From an uncultured delta proteobacterium (GTDB taxonomy: Bacteria > Myxococcota_A > Polyangia > Polyangiales > B10-G4): a stretch of DNA of 64,000 bases. The notes below the pieces were generated by a model, which was not told the origin of the DNA, searched no databases, and saw only the letters and a list, made by a program, of their open reading frames with translations. The position numbers were made by a program, and so were the translations under genes. Positions 38,325 through 47,053 of the stretch are shown here, piece by piece; position 1 is the first letter of the stretch; each line of letters begins with the position of its first letter. The stretch spans positions 192,001-256,000 of the forward strand of contig CAVSGI010000020.1 in NCBI GenBank assembly GCA_963727445.1, given 5' to 3'.

Positions 38325-39317
38325 ATGCGGAGGCTCGAGACGGCTGTCCTCGCGCTGGTGCTCGGCTCGGTGGCGCCGGTCGCCGCTCGCGCTCAGCCGC
38401 TCCCCTGCCGTCTCGACGATTCGTTGAGCCGCGCCGCGGAGAGCCTCCTCGACGACTCCCGCCCGCTCACGCCGACGCGTCTTCTGGTCGCTGCCCGGAG
38501 CGAAGGCGCGACCGCTCCCATCGTCGTCGCCGTCTCCGTCGCTCCTGACGCCGACGCGCGCGTGCGCCGATGGCTCGAGCGACAGAAGCAGGGCGCCGAC
38601 GCCCCGCTCGTTTGCGGCGAGGCGCGCGACAGCCGGCATCGGCTGGTGCTCGCCTCCACCGCGGCAGCGACCATGGAGCTCCGAGGCGACACTCTCGTGG
38701 CCCGCCTCTCCGCGCGCTTTCATTCGCCGCGCGTCATCCTGCGCTCCGCAGACGGTGAGCTCATGCGGGTGATGGCCACCGCGGCCGAGCTCGCCCGCGG
38801 GACCGAGCTGCCCACCGAGGCGCGAGGAGCGACCTTGATCCAGCTCGTGGCCGAAGGGCCGAACGGGCCGCGCCCCGTCGCCGAGCTGGTGACCGGGGGT
38901 CGTCCCGAGGAGATGCTCCTGCGTCCAGGTGGAGGCGACGTGCGCCATCGCATCACCGAGCTCCGCGCTCAGCGCGCCGCTGCACCCCTGCGCGACAACC
39001 GACTCCTCGACCGCGAAGCGAGCCGTCAGGCGGAGGCGGTCTGCGAGAGCGGGCGCATCTCCCATCAGCGCGACGGCGCCGATCCCGAGTCGCGCCTGCG
39101 GACGGAAGGCATCGTCGCGCGCTCGGTGGGCGAGACCGTCGCCCGTGGGGCGAGCCCCGCCACCGCCATGGACGCCTTGGAGCAGAGTCCCTCCCATCTC
39201 GCCACCCTCGCAGACCGTCGTTTCACGGATCTCGGCCTGGGCACGGCGGAAGATGACGCTGGGCGGACCTGCCTGGTCGTTCTGCTCTCATCCTGGCCAC
39301 GCTTCGTCGGGCGCTGA
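38325..39317 (+). CDS. Secreted CAP (SCP-like) domain protein
   Basis: Signal peptide; ISH...SVGETVARG...QSPSHLATL...FTDLGLG. Confidence 0.8.
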   Translation: MRRLETAVLALVLGSVAPVAARAQPLPCRLDDSLSRAAESLLDDSRPLTPTRLLVAARSEGATAPIVVAVSVAPDADARVRRWLERQKQGADAPLVCGEARDSRHRLVLASTAAATMELRGDTLVARLSARFHSPRVILRSADGELMRVMATAAELARGTELPTEARGATLIQLVAEGPNGPRPVAELVTGGRPEEMLLRPGGGDVRHRITELRAQRAAAPLRDNRLLDREASRQAEAVCESGRISHQRDGADPESRLRTEGIVARSVGETVARGASPATAMDALEQSPSHLATLADRRFTDLGLGTAEDDAGRTCLVVLLSSWPRFVGR

Positions 39318-39347
39318 ACGCCGCGCCTTTTGGTATCCTCCAGCGCG

Positions 39348-40674
39348 ATGAAGACTGTCGGCGACCTCCGAGCCCACGCGGACGCGTGTTTGTTCGCGGA
39401 CGATTACCACCACGCGCTACACGCCTACGCGGCGCTGGTGCGCCTGCAGCCCGTCAATCTCGACGCGCGCCTGCGCGTGGCGGACACCCTCCTGGCGCTA
39501 GGCGAGGTGCAGCGAGCTGCCGTGGTGTACACGGCACTGGCGCGCCACGCCTCGCACGCCGGCTATCCGGGACGCGCGCTGGTGGCGCTCAAGAATCCTC
39601 TCCGCGCTCGAGCCCCAGCTGATGAGCCTGCTCTCCAACCTCGCCGACCTCTACGCGGTCGGCTCTGCCAAGCTGGGTCGCGCGGTGCGCATCTCGCCCG
39701 GCGATCCCAACGCCGAGCTGCCGGAAGGGCTCGACCTCTCCTCGCCGCCGCCGATGGAGCAACTGGCGCAGGTCGCGGCCGATCTCGCGGCGGACACTTC
39801 GCAGATCGCGGCCTACCCCGAGCAGCTCCCGCCGATCCCCCTCTTCAGCGAGCTCCCGGCCGACGCTTTCGCGCGCGTGCTCGAAGCGCTCAAGCTCGTG
39901 CGGACGCGGCCGGGCGAGACCATCGTGGAGCAGGGCGCCGTCGGACAATCCTTCTTCGTGCTCGCGCGGGGTACGGTCGCCGTCACGCGCCTCGATGACG
40001 AAGGGAAGTCGCATCGGCTGGCGACGCTTCACGACGGCTCGATCTTCGGAGAGATGGCGCTGGTCAGCGCGCTGCCCCGCTCGGCCACCGTCCAGGCCGA
40101 GACCGATTGCGATCTCTTCGAGTTCGATCGCGCGACCCTGGCGGCGGCTGCGCAGGAAGTGCAGACCATCGCGCACGCGCTCGACAAGTTCACGCGCGAG
40201 CGTCTCCTCAACAACCTCCTCGCCACTGCCGCGCTATTCCGTCCCCTCGACCGCAAGCAGCGGCTCGACCTGATGCGGCGCTTCACGGCCCACGACGTGG
40301 CGCCGGGCACGCAGATCATCGAGGAGGGCCAGCCCGGCCGCGGCCTCTATGTCCTGTTGAATGGTGAGATGGACGTCTCGAAGGTCGACGGCGAGGAGAA
40401 GGTGCTCCTCGCGACGCTCAAGCCGGGCGACGTCTTCGGCGAGATCTCCCTCCTCAACGACCAGCCCACGACGGCCAGCGTGACCTCCGCGACCAACGCC
40501 ACCGTGATGTTCCTCGCCCGCGAGTATTTCCAGCGGCTGATCGCCGCCGTCGGCGAGATCCGCGAATACGTCGACAACCTGAGCGAAGAGCGCCTCATGG
40601 ACACCCGCATCCTCATGGCCTCCGACGAAGAAGAAGGCGAGGAGCTGACGGACGACGACCTGATCATGATCTGA
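39348..40674 (+). CDS. TPR plus tandem cyclic-nucleotide-binding domain protein; +1 frameshift at ~39594
   Basis: Two cNMP domains (FGEMAL...RSATV; FGEISL...TTASV); removing one A joins the N-terminal TPR-like ORF. Confidence 0.85.
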
Positions 40675-40725
40675 GAGGAAGTCCCGGTCCTCGTCTCCGT
40701 CTCGGGGACGCTTCGAGGGTGCCCA

Positions 40726-40784
40726 AAAGTACAAGAGTGTAGACCGTCCCCGTTGGACGGGGACGGTCTACACTTTTGCACTTT
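40726..40784. repeat. Hairpin doublet of the same REP-like family as 1553-1724
   Basis: AAAGTACAAGAGTGTAGACCGTCCCCG-ttgga-CGGGGACGGTCTACACTTTTGCACTTT. Confidence 0.92.
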
Positions 40785-40950
40785 CCAGGCGCGGGCAGCC
40801 GCGGTGCTCGACCGCCTCGGCTTCATCGCCCCTGCCTCCGTCTCGGAATTCCCCTGAAATATCCGCAGCAAATTGCGGGTTTCATCCTCAGTGGTTACCC
40901 AATTGAGGTTGGGTCCGCCGGGTCAGAGTGCTCACGAGAGGTCGATCGCG

Positions 40951-42813
40951 TTGAAGAAGAAGCTGCGCCGTTTTCTCCCCCTGCTCGCCCTCGGCCTCGT
41001 CCTCGGGCTTTTCGCCACCTCCATCGCCGTCCGTGTCGATCCCTCGCCGCCCCCGGCGCCCGAGGCCGTGCTCGCGGTCGATCCGCCCACCGGGGCCATC
41101 CTGGTGGACCTCGACGACGACGTGGGCGACGTGGCGCGGAGCCGCGTCATCGGTCTCCTCGACCGAGCGATCGCCCCCTTCGACTGGCCGACCAATGGGA
41201 GCGCCCTCGGCGAGACGCTCTCGGGTGACGCGGAGCTCTTCCGGCTGACGCCCCCCGCGAGCGAGGTGGACGACGTGCTCCGCGCGCTCTCCCACGACGA
41301 CGCCGTGGAGGCCGTGGAGGTCGAGCGGACCTGGAGCCTGCCCGAAGGCGCGGACGCCGTGTCCTTCGCCGCCGAGGACGCGGCGCCGACGGACGCCGAC
41401 GACAGCCGCGGTCCCTTCCGCCCCAACGATCCCTACTACAAGCATCAGTGGCACCTCGATCAAATCCAGATGCCCGCTGCCTGGACCCGCAGCCGCGGAC
41501 GGGGCGCAGTGGTGGCGATCCTGGACACGGGGGTGCTCTATCGGACCTCCGGTCCCTACCGTCAGGCGCCCGATCTCGCGAACACCCGCTTCGTGGAGGG
41601 CTTCGACGCGATCGGTCGTGATGGCAGCCCCGACGACGAGCACGGTCACGGCACCCACGTCGCAGGCACCGTCGCTCAATCCACCAACAACGGCCTCGGC
41701 GTCGCTGGGGTGGCGCCCGAAGCGGCGCTGATGCCGGTGCGCGTCCTCGACGCCCGGGGCTCCGGGGGCTGGGGCTCGTTGGCGGCCGGCATTCGCTACG
41801 CCGCCGACAACGGCGCCGACGTGATCAACATGTCGCTCGGCGGCGGGATGCCCTCCCAGGTCGTCCGTCGCGCCATCGACTACGCCCACGACAAGGGCGT
41901 GGTGATCGTCGCCGCCGCCGGCAACGCGTCCAAGTCCAAGGTCGAGTACCCGGCGGCCTACGACCACGTGATCGCCGTCGGCGCCGTGCGTTTCGACGAG
42001 CAGCTCTCGTTCTACAGCTCCTACGGTCGCGGCCTCGACGTGGTCGCCCCAGGCGGCGACCTCCGCGTCGACCAGAACGGCGACGGGATGCCCGACGGTG
42101 TCCTTCAGAACACCATGGTGCGCGGCCGTCCCGACCAGCACGACTATCTCGCCTACCAGGGAACCTCCATGGCGACCCCGCACGTCGCGGGGGTCGCTGC
42201 GCTCCTCAAGGCCTCGGGCGTCACCGATCCCGACGCCGTCGAGCGCATCCTGACGAGCACGGCCAAGAAGAAGCGCGACACGCGGCGCTACGCGAACGGT
42301 CTGATCCAGGCCGACGCGGCCCTCGCCCGCGCCCAGGATCAGACCGGCGGGACCCGGGGCGCCCTCGCGCTCCTGATGGGCTTCGGTCTGCTCTTCGGGC
42401 TCGCGCGGCGAAAGAAGCTGAGCGCCCCCCTCGCGCCGACGCTCGCCGTCGCTGCGATCCTCGCGGGCGGCCTTGCGCTTCTGCCCCTGAACCTGCTGCC
42501 TTTCCAGCTCGAGTCCTGGTCTGCAGGCGGGCTTCCGGGCGCCCTCGCGACCCTCGGCGGCGCCTGGCTCGCGCCGCTCGCCCTGAGCGCCCTCGTCCCC
42601 TTCGGCCTCGCGGCGACCCTCCTGGGCCGGCGTGGGGCTGCTCCGATCGTCGTGGGCACCTCCATCGCCTTCGCGGCCTGGCTGACCCTCGAGGCCATCC
42701 TGCCGACCGTCCACATGGCGCTCCTTCCGGCGTGGCTCGTCGGCCCCTGGCTCCTGATCCAGGCCGCCATCGCCGCCGTCCTCGCGCGACTGGCCGCCAC
42801 CCGGCCTCGCTGA
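40951..42813 (+). CDS. S8 subtilisin-like serine protease with C-terminal membrane helices
   Basis: ILDTG, HGTHVAG, AAAGN, GTSMATPHVAG triad motifs; hydrophobic C-terminus; TTG start after GAGAGG. Confidence 0.93.
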   Translation: MKKKLRRFLPLLALGLVLGLFATSIAVRVDPSPPPAPEAVLAVDPPTGAILVDLDDDVGDVARSRVIGLLDRAIAPFDWPTNGSALGETLSGDAELFRLTPPASEVDDVLRALSHDDAVEAVEVERTWSLPEGADAVSFAAEDAAPTDADDSRGPFRPNDPYYKHQWHLDQIQMPAAWTRSRGRGAVVAILDTGVLYRTSGPYRQAPDLANTRFVEGFDAIGRDGSPDDEHGHGTHVAGTVAQSTNNGLGVAGVAPEAALMPVRVLDARGSGGWGSLAAGIRYAADNGADVINMSLGGGMPSQVVRRAIDYAHDKGVVIVAAAGNASKSKVEYPAAYDHVIAVGAVRFDEQLSFYSSYGRGLDVVAPGGDLRVDQNGDGMPDGVLQNTMVRGRPDQHDYLAYQGTSMATPHVAGVAALLKASGVTDPDAVERILTSTAKKKRDTRRYANGLIQADAALARAQDQTGGTRGALALLMGFGLLFGLARRKKLSAPLAPTLAVAAILAGGLALLPLNLLPFQLESWSAGGLPGALATLGGAWLAPLALSALVPFGLAATLLGRRGAAPIVVGTSIAFAAWLTLEAILPTVHMALLPAWLVGPWLLIQAAIAAVLARLAATRPR

Positions 42814-42906
42814 CCCTCACGCACCCAGGCGCCTCCACTCCGCTTCCAATTTTCCAGGCGCTACTTCCTCTCGAGAGTGCGAAACACGGTTCGCGCCGGC
42901 CGCGTT

Positions 42907-42926
42907 CCATGACACGGATGTCATGG
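42907..42926. promoter_or_regulatory. Perfect palindrome, candidate enhancer (UAS)
   Basis: CCATGACA-cgga-TGTCATGG, ~120-140 bp upstream of a sigma-54 motif. Confidence 0.6.
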
Positions 42927-43044
42927 GTGGGCGGGGGATCCGCCAGCACCCCCGCGCGCCCCTCCGCCGGCCGAATTCGACAACCACTCGGAATCCTGGC
43001 GTCTTTCGGCTGACGAGACCGATCCGTCGATCCGGTTGCCAGAT

Positions 43045-43060
43045 TGGCATCGCGGTTGCT
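43045..43060 (+). promoter_or_regulatory. Sigma-54 -24/-12 promoter
   Basis: TGGCATCGCGGTTGCT matches TGGCA-N6-TTGCW. Confidence 0.8.
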
Positions 43061-43070
43061 TCAGAGACGG

Positions 43071-43296
43071 AAACAAGAAGGGCGGTCACCCGCCCCTCAC
43101 ACTTCGAGCTTACTTGGCCCTTTGACTCTCTTCTTCTTTTTCGAGGGCACCCCGTCAGTCGAACTGCTTGCCCGGCATGGATGGCTGACCCGGGGCCCTC
43201 TCTGAACGCTTCGCTTTCAGCTGCTTAGTTTCTTACTTTCTTCTTCTTTCATCTGGCCAACCCGGGGAGCTCGAATGGCCTCTCCGGGTTGCCCTT
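43071..43296 (+). ncRNA. Candidate structured sRNA (or long leader)
   Basis: No credible ORF; hairpins at 43077-43098, 43143-43200 and 43255-43293; two U/C tracts share CTTCTTCTTT; starts right after the sigma-54 motif. Confidence 0.55.
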
Positions 43297-43409
43297 AGAG
43301 AAATAGTCTAAGACTACGATACGCCGAGCGCCATGGTCATGGCCCTCGGCGTCGTCGTTTGCGAACACTGGCTTGGAACGCAGCGGGAGCCTTCGGTATT
43401 CTCCCGGCC

Positions 43410-43850
43410 ATGCGACGCCTCCTCTTTCTGGCCTTCGGCACCCTCCTCGGCCTGGGCCTCAGCGGCTGCGGGACCCTCGTCAACGACCTCCAGGAGGCTG
43501 AAAGCTCCTATGACGAGGCGCGTTACGACGACGCGGAGGTATGGCTCGCGGACATCGGCACCAACGTCGCCAAGCTCGATCAGGAGCATCGGGCCCGCTT
43601 CTATTACGTCCGGGGGATGACGGCCTATCGCCTGGGACATCGCAACGACGCGCTGCACTACCTCGCGCTGGCGCGCGAGGAGAGTGGCGAGTCGGAGGCC
43701 GCCTCCCATCTGCCGACGGAGAAGCGGCACATCATGGACCGAACTCTGGCCGAGCTCACGCCGCACACGGCCACGCACCACGCCAACGCGGCGGGGGCCG
43801 AGGAGTCGGACTCGGAACCGGCGTCGGAAGGCGAGCCGGCGGACGAGTAG
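43410..43850 (+). CDS. Small helical (TPR-like) lipoprotein
   Basis: MRRLLFLAFGTLLGLGLSGC lipobox; YVRGMTAYRLG...ALHYL. Confidence 0.8.
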   Translation: MRRLLFLAFGTLLGLGLSGCGTLVNDLQEAESSYDEARYDDAEVWLADIGTNVAKLDQEHRARFYYVRGMTAYRLGHRNDALHYLALAREESGESEAASHLPTEKRHIMDRTLAELTPHTATHHANAAGAEESDSEPASEGEPADE

Positions 43851-43870
43851 GCGCCGGCTCGCGGCGGGCG

Positions 43871-44068
43871 TCAGCCCGTGGAACGTAGGTGGCTGAGGGC
43901 GTCCTTGGCGGCCAGCTTCTGCTTCTTCAGCTGCTGTCTTTCGACCTGCTCCGACACCGAGAGGTGGAGGCGGGAATCGAGCTCCTGAACACGGGCCTTG
44001 AGCTCCTGGTGCTTGTGCTCCAGGTGTGCTGCCTGTTTCGAGGCGCTGACGGGTCGCGACTTGCGCAT
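43871..44068 (-). CDS. DUF465/YdcH-like small coiled-coil protein
   Basis: LEHKHQELKARV...LKKQKLAAKDAL; RBS AAGGGAG. Confidence 0.82.
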   Translation of the reverse strand: MRKSRPVSASKQAAHLEHKHQELKARVQELDSRLHLSVSEQVERQQLKKQKLAAKDALSHLRSTG

Positions 44069-44314
44069 GGACACTCCCTTGTTTTCTTCGCGAGAGCCCC
44101 TCGCGGAGCGCCCGCTACCGATTACGCCAAGAAGAAAAGAGAGCAGCCGACAGGGCGTCGACCGGAGAATCGACAATAGGGGACGGAAGGCGCTCTTGCA
44201 ACGGACATGTGTCAGCCGTCCATCGAACATTCATGGTCCGCCGAGCGTTGCCAGAAGCGCGCCAACGTGAATACTGCGGTGCCAATTCCGGTCCGAGAGC
44301 CGAGTGGAGCATCG

Positions 44315-45031
44315 ATGACACTTTCACCTTCCAGCCGCGCTGTTCTCTTCGCCGCGATGTCCGCTGTCGTCGCGATCGGCGTCGTCGCCACCTATCCGCG
44401 ATCGGGTAGAGCACAAGAGCACGCGGACGCCCCCACGGTGGCGGGCGCGGTCCAGGCTTTCTACAATCAGACCAAGGGCGTTCAGACGTCGTTCTATCAG
44501 ACGTACTTCAACAAGCTCTACGACCGCTACGATCGTTCGCGCGGCACGGTCACCTTCAGCAAGCCCGGCAAGATGCGCTGGGACTACGCGCGGCCGAACG
44601 GCAAGGTCATCGCCAGCGACGGCAGCGCGCTCACGGTCTTCACCCCCGGCGACGAGGGGGAGCGCGGGCAGTGTTTTCGGCGCGAGATGAACGAGAGCCA
44701 GTTGCCGGCGGCGTTTTCGTTCCTCACGGGGAGCGGGCGCCTCGAAGAGGATTTTCGTTTCCGACTCCTCGATCCGGCGAGGCAGGGCTACGCCGAGGGC
44801 TACGTTCTCGAGCTCACGCCGCGCACGCCGAGCCCGCATTACGAGCGCATCCTCTTCTACGTGATGAAGCGCGATGGGCGTCCCACGGGCGTGGTGCGTC
44901 GCGTGCTGATCGTCGACTCGGCGGGCAACCGCAATCGCTTCGACTTCAGCAACATGCAATGGAACCCGCACACCTCCGCGGGAACCTTCCGCTTCACGCC
45001 TCCGGGCGGCGTGCGCTGCGTTCGCCCCTGA
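44315..45031 (+). CDS. lolA: Outer-membrane lipoprotein carrier LolA family
   Basis: FYQTYF...GTVTFSKPGKMRWDYARPNGKVIASDG...FRFTPPGG. Confidence 0.88.
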   Translation: MTLSPSSRAVLFAAMSAVVAIGVVATYPRSGRAQEHADAPTVAGAVQAFYNQTKGVQTSFYQTYFNKLYDRYDRSRGTVTFSKPGKMRWDYARPNGKVIASDGSALTVFTPGDEGERGQCFRREMNESQLPAAFSFLTGSGRLEEDFRFRLLDPARQGYAEGYVLELTPRTPSPHYERILFYVMKRDGRPTGVVRRVLIVDSAGNRNRFDFSNMQWNPHTSAGTFRFTPPGGVRCVRP

Positions 45032-46220
45032 CCTCCGCGCGAAGAAGCGCCTCGAGGTTCGGCGCGAGCTCCGGCCAGGTGTAGAGCGCGCCGACCTTCG
45101 AAGCGCGACGCCCGAGACGACGGCGCAGCTTGTCGTCCTCCGCCAGACGATCGAGCGCTCGACAGAGCGCGCCTGGGTCACCGGGCGGGACCAGCAGCCC
45201 GCACTCGCCTTCGTCGAGGATCGATGGGATCCCCCCCGTGCGGCTCGCCACAATCGGCAGTCCATGGGTCATCGCCTCGATGAGCGCGGTGGGGACCCCT
45301 TCCTCCCGCCCGCTCTTCGCGGGGCGTGAGGGCAGGACGAAGGCGTCCGCCCCGCGGAGGTAGGCGGTCTTTTCCTCTCCAGTCAGCACCCCGACGAAGC
45401 GGATGTCGGCGCCCGTTTCTTTCGCGAGCCGTTCGAGCGACGCGCGCTCGGGGCCGTCACCGGCGATCACCAGGTCCACGTCCTTCAGCGCGGCCACCGC
45501 GCGGATGGCGTCTCCGATGCCCTTGATGGGCACGAGCCGGCCGAGGCTCAAGACGGTGAAGCGGTCGAAGCCCAGCCGCTTGCGCAGCGCGCCGCGCGCA
45601 ACGTCGAGCTTCGCCGGCGGCGTGACGCCCATCGGGCACACGTGCGCGCGTCCCGCGGCGCCCGAACGAACGAGCGGCGGCAGGAGCGAGAGGAAGCGCT
45701 CTCGGTGCTGGGGTGAGACGAAGAGCATCGAGGTCGCGCCCCGCGCTATCGACCGCGCGAGCGCGCGTCGCATCGGCAGCTGGGAGAGCAGGTGCAGGTC
45801 CGCCGAATGAAAGACGGCGAGGTGCGGCTGGTCCTGCCGGGCCCAGCCCGCGGCGAGGGCCGAGGGGAGCGCCCAGTGACTGACGATCGCGTCCCAGCGC
45901 GGCGCGCGCTCCTTCGCCGCGCGGGCCAGCTGCAGGCTGAAGGGGGCGAGCCCCAGCCACGCGCGCGGGTCGCGGGTGAGGTTGTCGGGCACGCCGCCGC
46001 CGTAGAACGTGCGCTCGAGATGGCGCGGGCGAAGGTAGGGCACCCATTCGACCGACACCCCGCCATGACGGGGAGGCGCCACCGGTTCGGGGGGCTCTGG
46101 TGCGAGGACCTCCACCGTGTGACCGCGGCCCTCGAGCGCGCGCGCGAAGCCGAGCACGAACGCACCGCTCGGGTCGCCCTCGCTGCGCGGGAAGCTGGTG
46201 GTCAACAAGCCGAGCTTCAA
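44994..46220 (-). CDS. Glycosyltransferase family 4
   Basis: LLTTSFPRSEGD, LGRLVPIKG, EGVPTALIEAM; TTGA overlap with the upstream GT2 gene. Confidence 0.9.
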   Translation of the reverse strand: MKLGLLTTSFPRSEGDPSGAFVLGFARALEGRGHTVEVLAPEPPEPVAPPRHGGVSVEWVPYLRPRHLERTFYGGGVPDNLTRDPRAWLGLAPFSLQLARAAKERAPRWDAIVSHWALPSALAAGWARQDQPHLAVFHSADLHLLSQLPMRRALARSIARGATSMLFVSPQHRERFLSLLPPLVRSGAAGRAHVCPMGVTPPAKLDVARGALRKRLGFDRFTVLSLGRLVPIKGIGDAIRAVAALKDVDLVIAGDGPERASLERLAKETGADIRFVGVLTGEEKTAYLRGADAFVLPSRPAKSGREEGVPTALIEAMTHGLPIVASRTGGIPSILDEGECGLLVPPGDPGALCRALDRLAEDDKLRRRLGRRASKVGALYTWPELAPNLEALLRAEVRGERSARRPEA

Positions 46221-46987
46221 GACAGTCTGGCTCTCGCGCCCCGAGGCGCGTGGCCGCCGGGCAGCGGCGGGGCCTTCATGAGCGCCCGTCGGCGCAGCCA
46301 CATTCCGAGCATCACCCGGGGCAGCACGAAGAGCACGTGGCGCAGGCCGAGGCCACTCTTCTCGTCCGCGTACACCGGTCGCACCTGGACGTCCTTCACC
46401 AAGAGGCCGGCTTCTGCCGCGCGTCCGAGCAGATCGTTCGGGTAGCCGTAGCCGCGCCACACCTCGTCGAGGTTCAGGCGGTCGGCGCCACGTCGTGACA
46501 GCGCGGTGTAGCCGCACTGTGAGTCGTGGATCGGCAGACCGGTGATGAGGCGCGTCATCCAGCTGAAGAAGCGTCCGCCGAGAAAGCGAGCGCGCGGGAT
46601 GAGCGCGGGCGCGCCCGGCCAGCTGAAGCGCTCGCCCTTGGCGTAATCGGCGAGTCCCGCGGCGACCGGGCCCACCAGCGAAGGCAGATCCTCGGGATCC
46701 ATCTGGCCGTCGCCCGCCATCACAACCGCCACGTCGGCGTCGTCACCGAAGGCGACCTTGTATCCGGTGACGATCGCTGCACCGACGCCGTGATTGTCGT
46801 CGTGGCTGATGACGAGGCACCGGTGGTCTCCTGCGTGACGCGCGATGGCCGCCGTGCGATCCCTGCTCCCATCGTCGACCACGACGATGCGATCGACCCA
46901 GCCGGGCACGGAGCGGATGGTCCGCTCGATGTGCCGGCCTTCGTCGTATGCGGGGATCACGACCGCTACACGCGCGTTGCCGAACAT
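46217..46987 (-). CDS. Glycosyltransferase family 2 (DPM1-like)
   Basis: VVIPAYDE, VVDDGSRD, MAGDGQMDP, DSQCGY. Confidence 0.92.
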   Translation of the reverse strand: MFGNARVAVVIPAYDEGRHIERTIRSVPGWVDRIVVVDDGSRDRTAAIARHAGDHRCLVISHDDNHGVGAAIVTGYKVAFGDDADVAVVMAGDGQMDPEDLPSLVGPVAAGLADYAKGERFSWPGAPALIPRARFLGGRFFSWMTRLITGLPIHDSQCGYTALSRRGADRLNLDEVWRGYGYPNDLLGRAAEAGLLVKDVQVRPVYADEKSGLGLRHVLFVLPRVMLGMWLRRRALMKAPPLPGGHAPRGARARLS

Positions 46988-47053
46988 GGCGGCCGTTCTC
47001 TAACAGCTGCTCGCCCGTCGGGCAAGCGTCTCTCCGGCAGGCGGAGAGACCGC

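Noticed and set aside
44112..44130. Sigma-54 promoter for the DUF465 gene (minus strand TGGCGTAATCGGTAGC)
   Set aside because: GG-to-GC spacing is 11 nt, not the required 10
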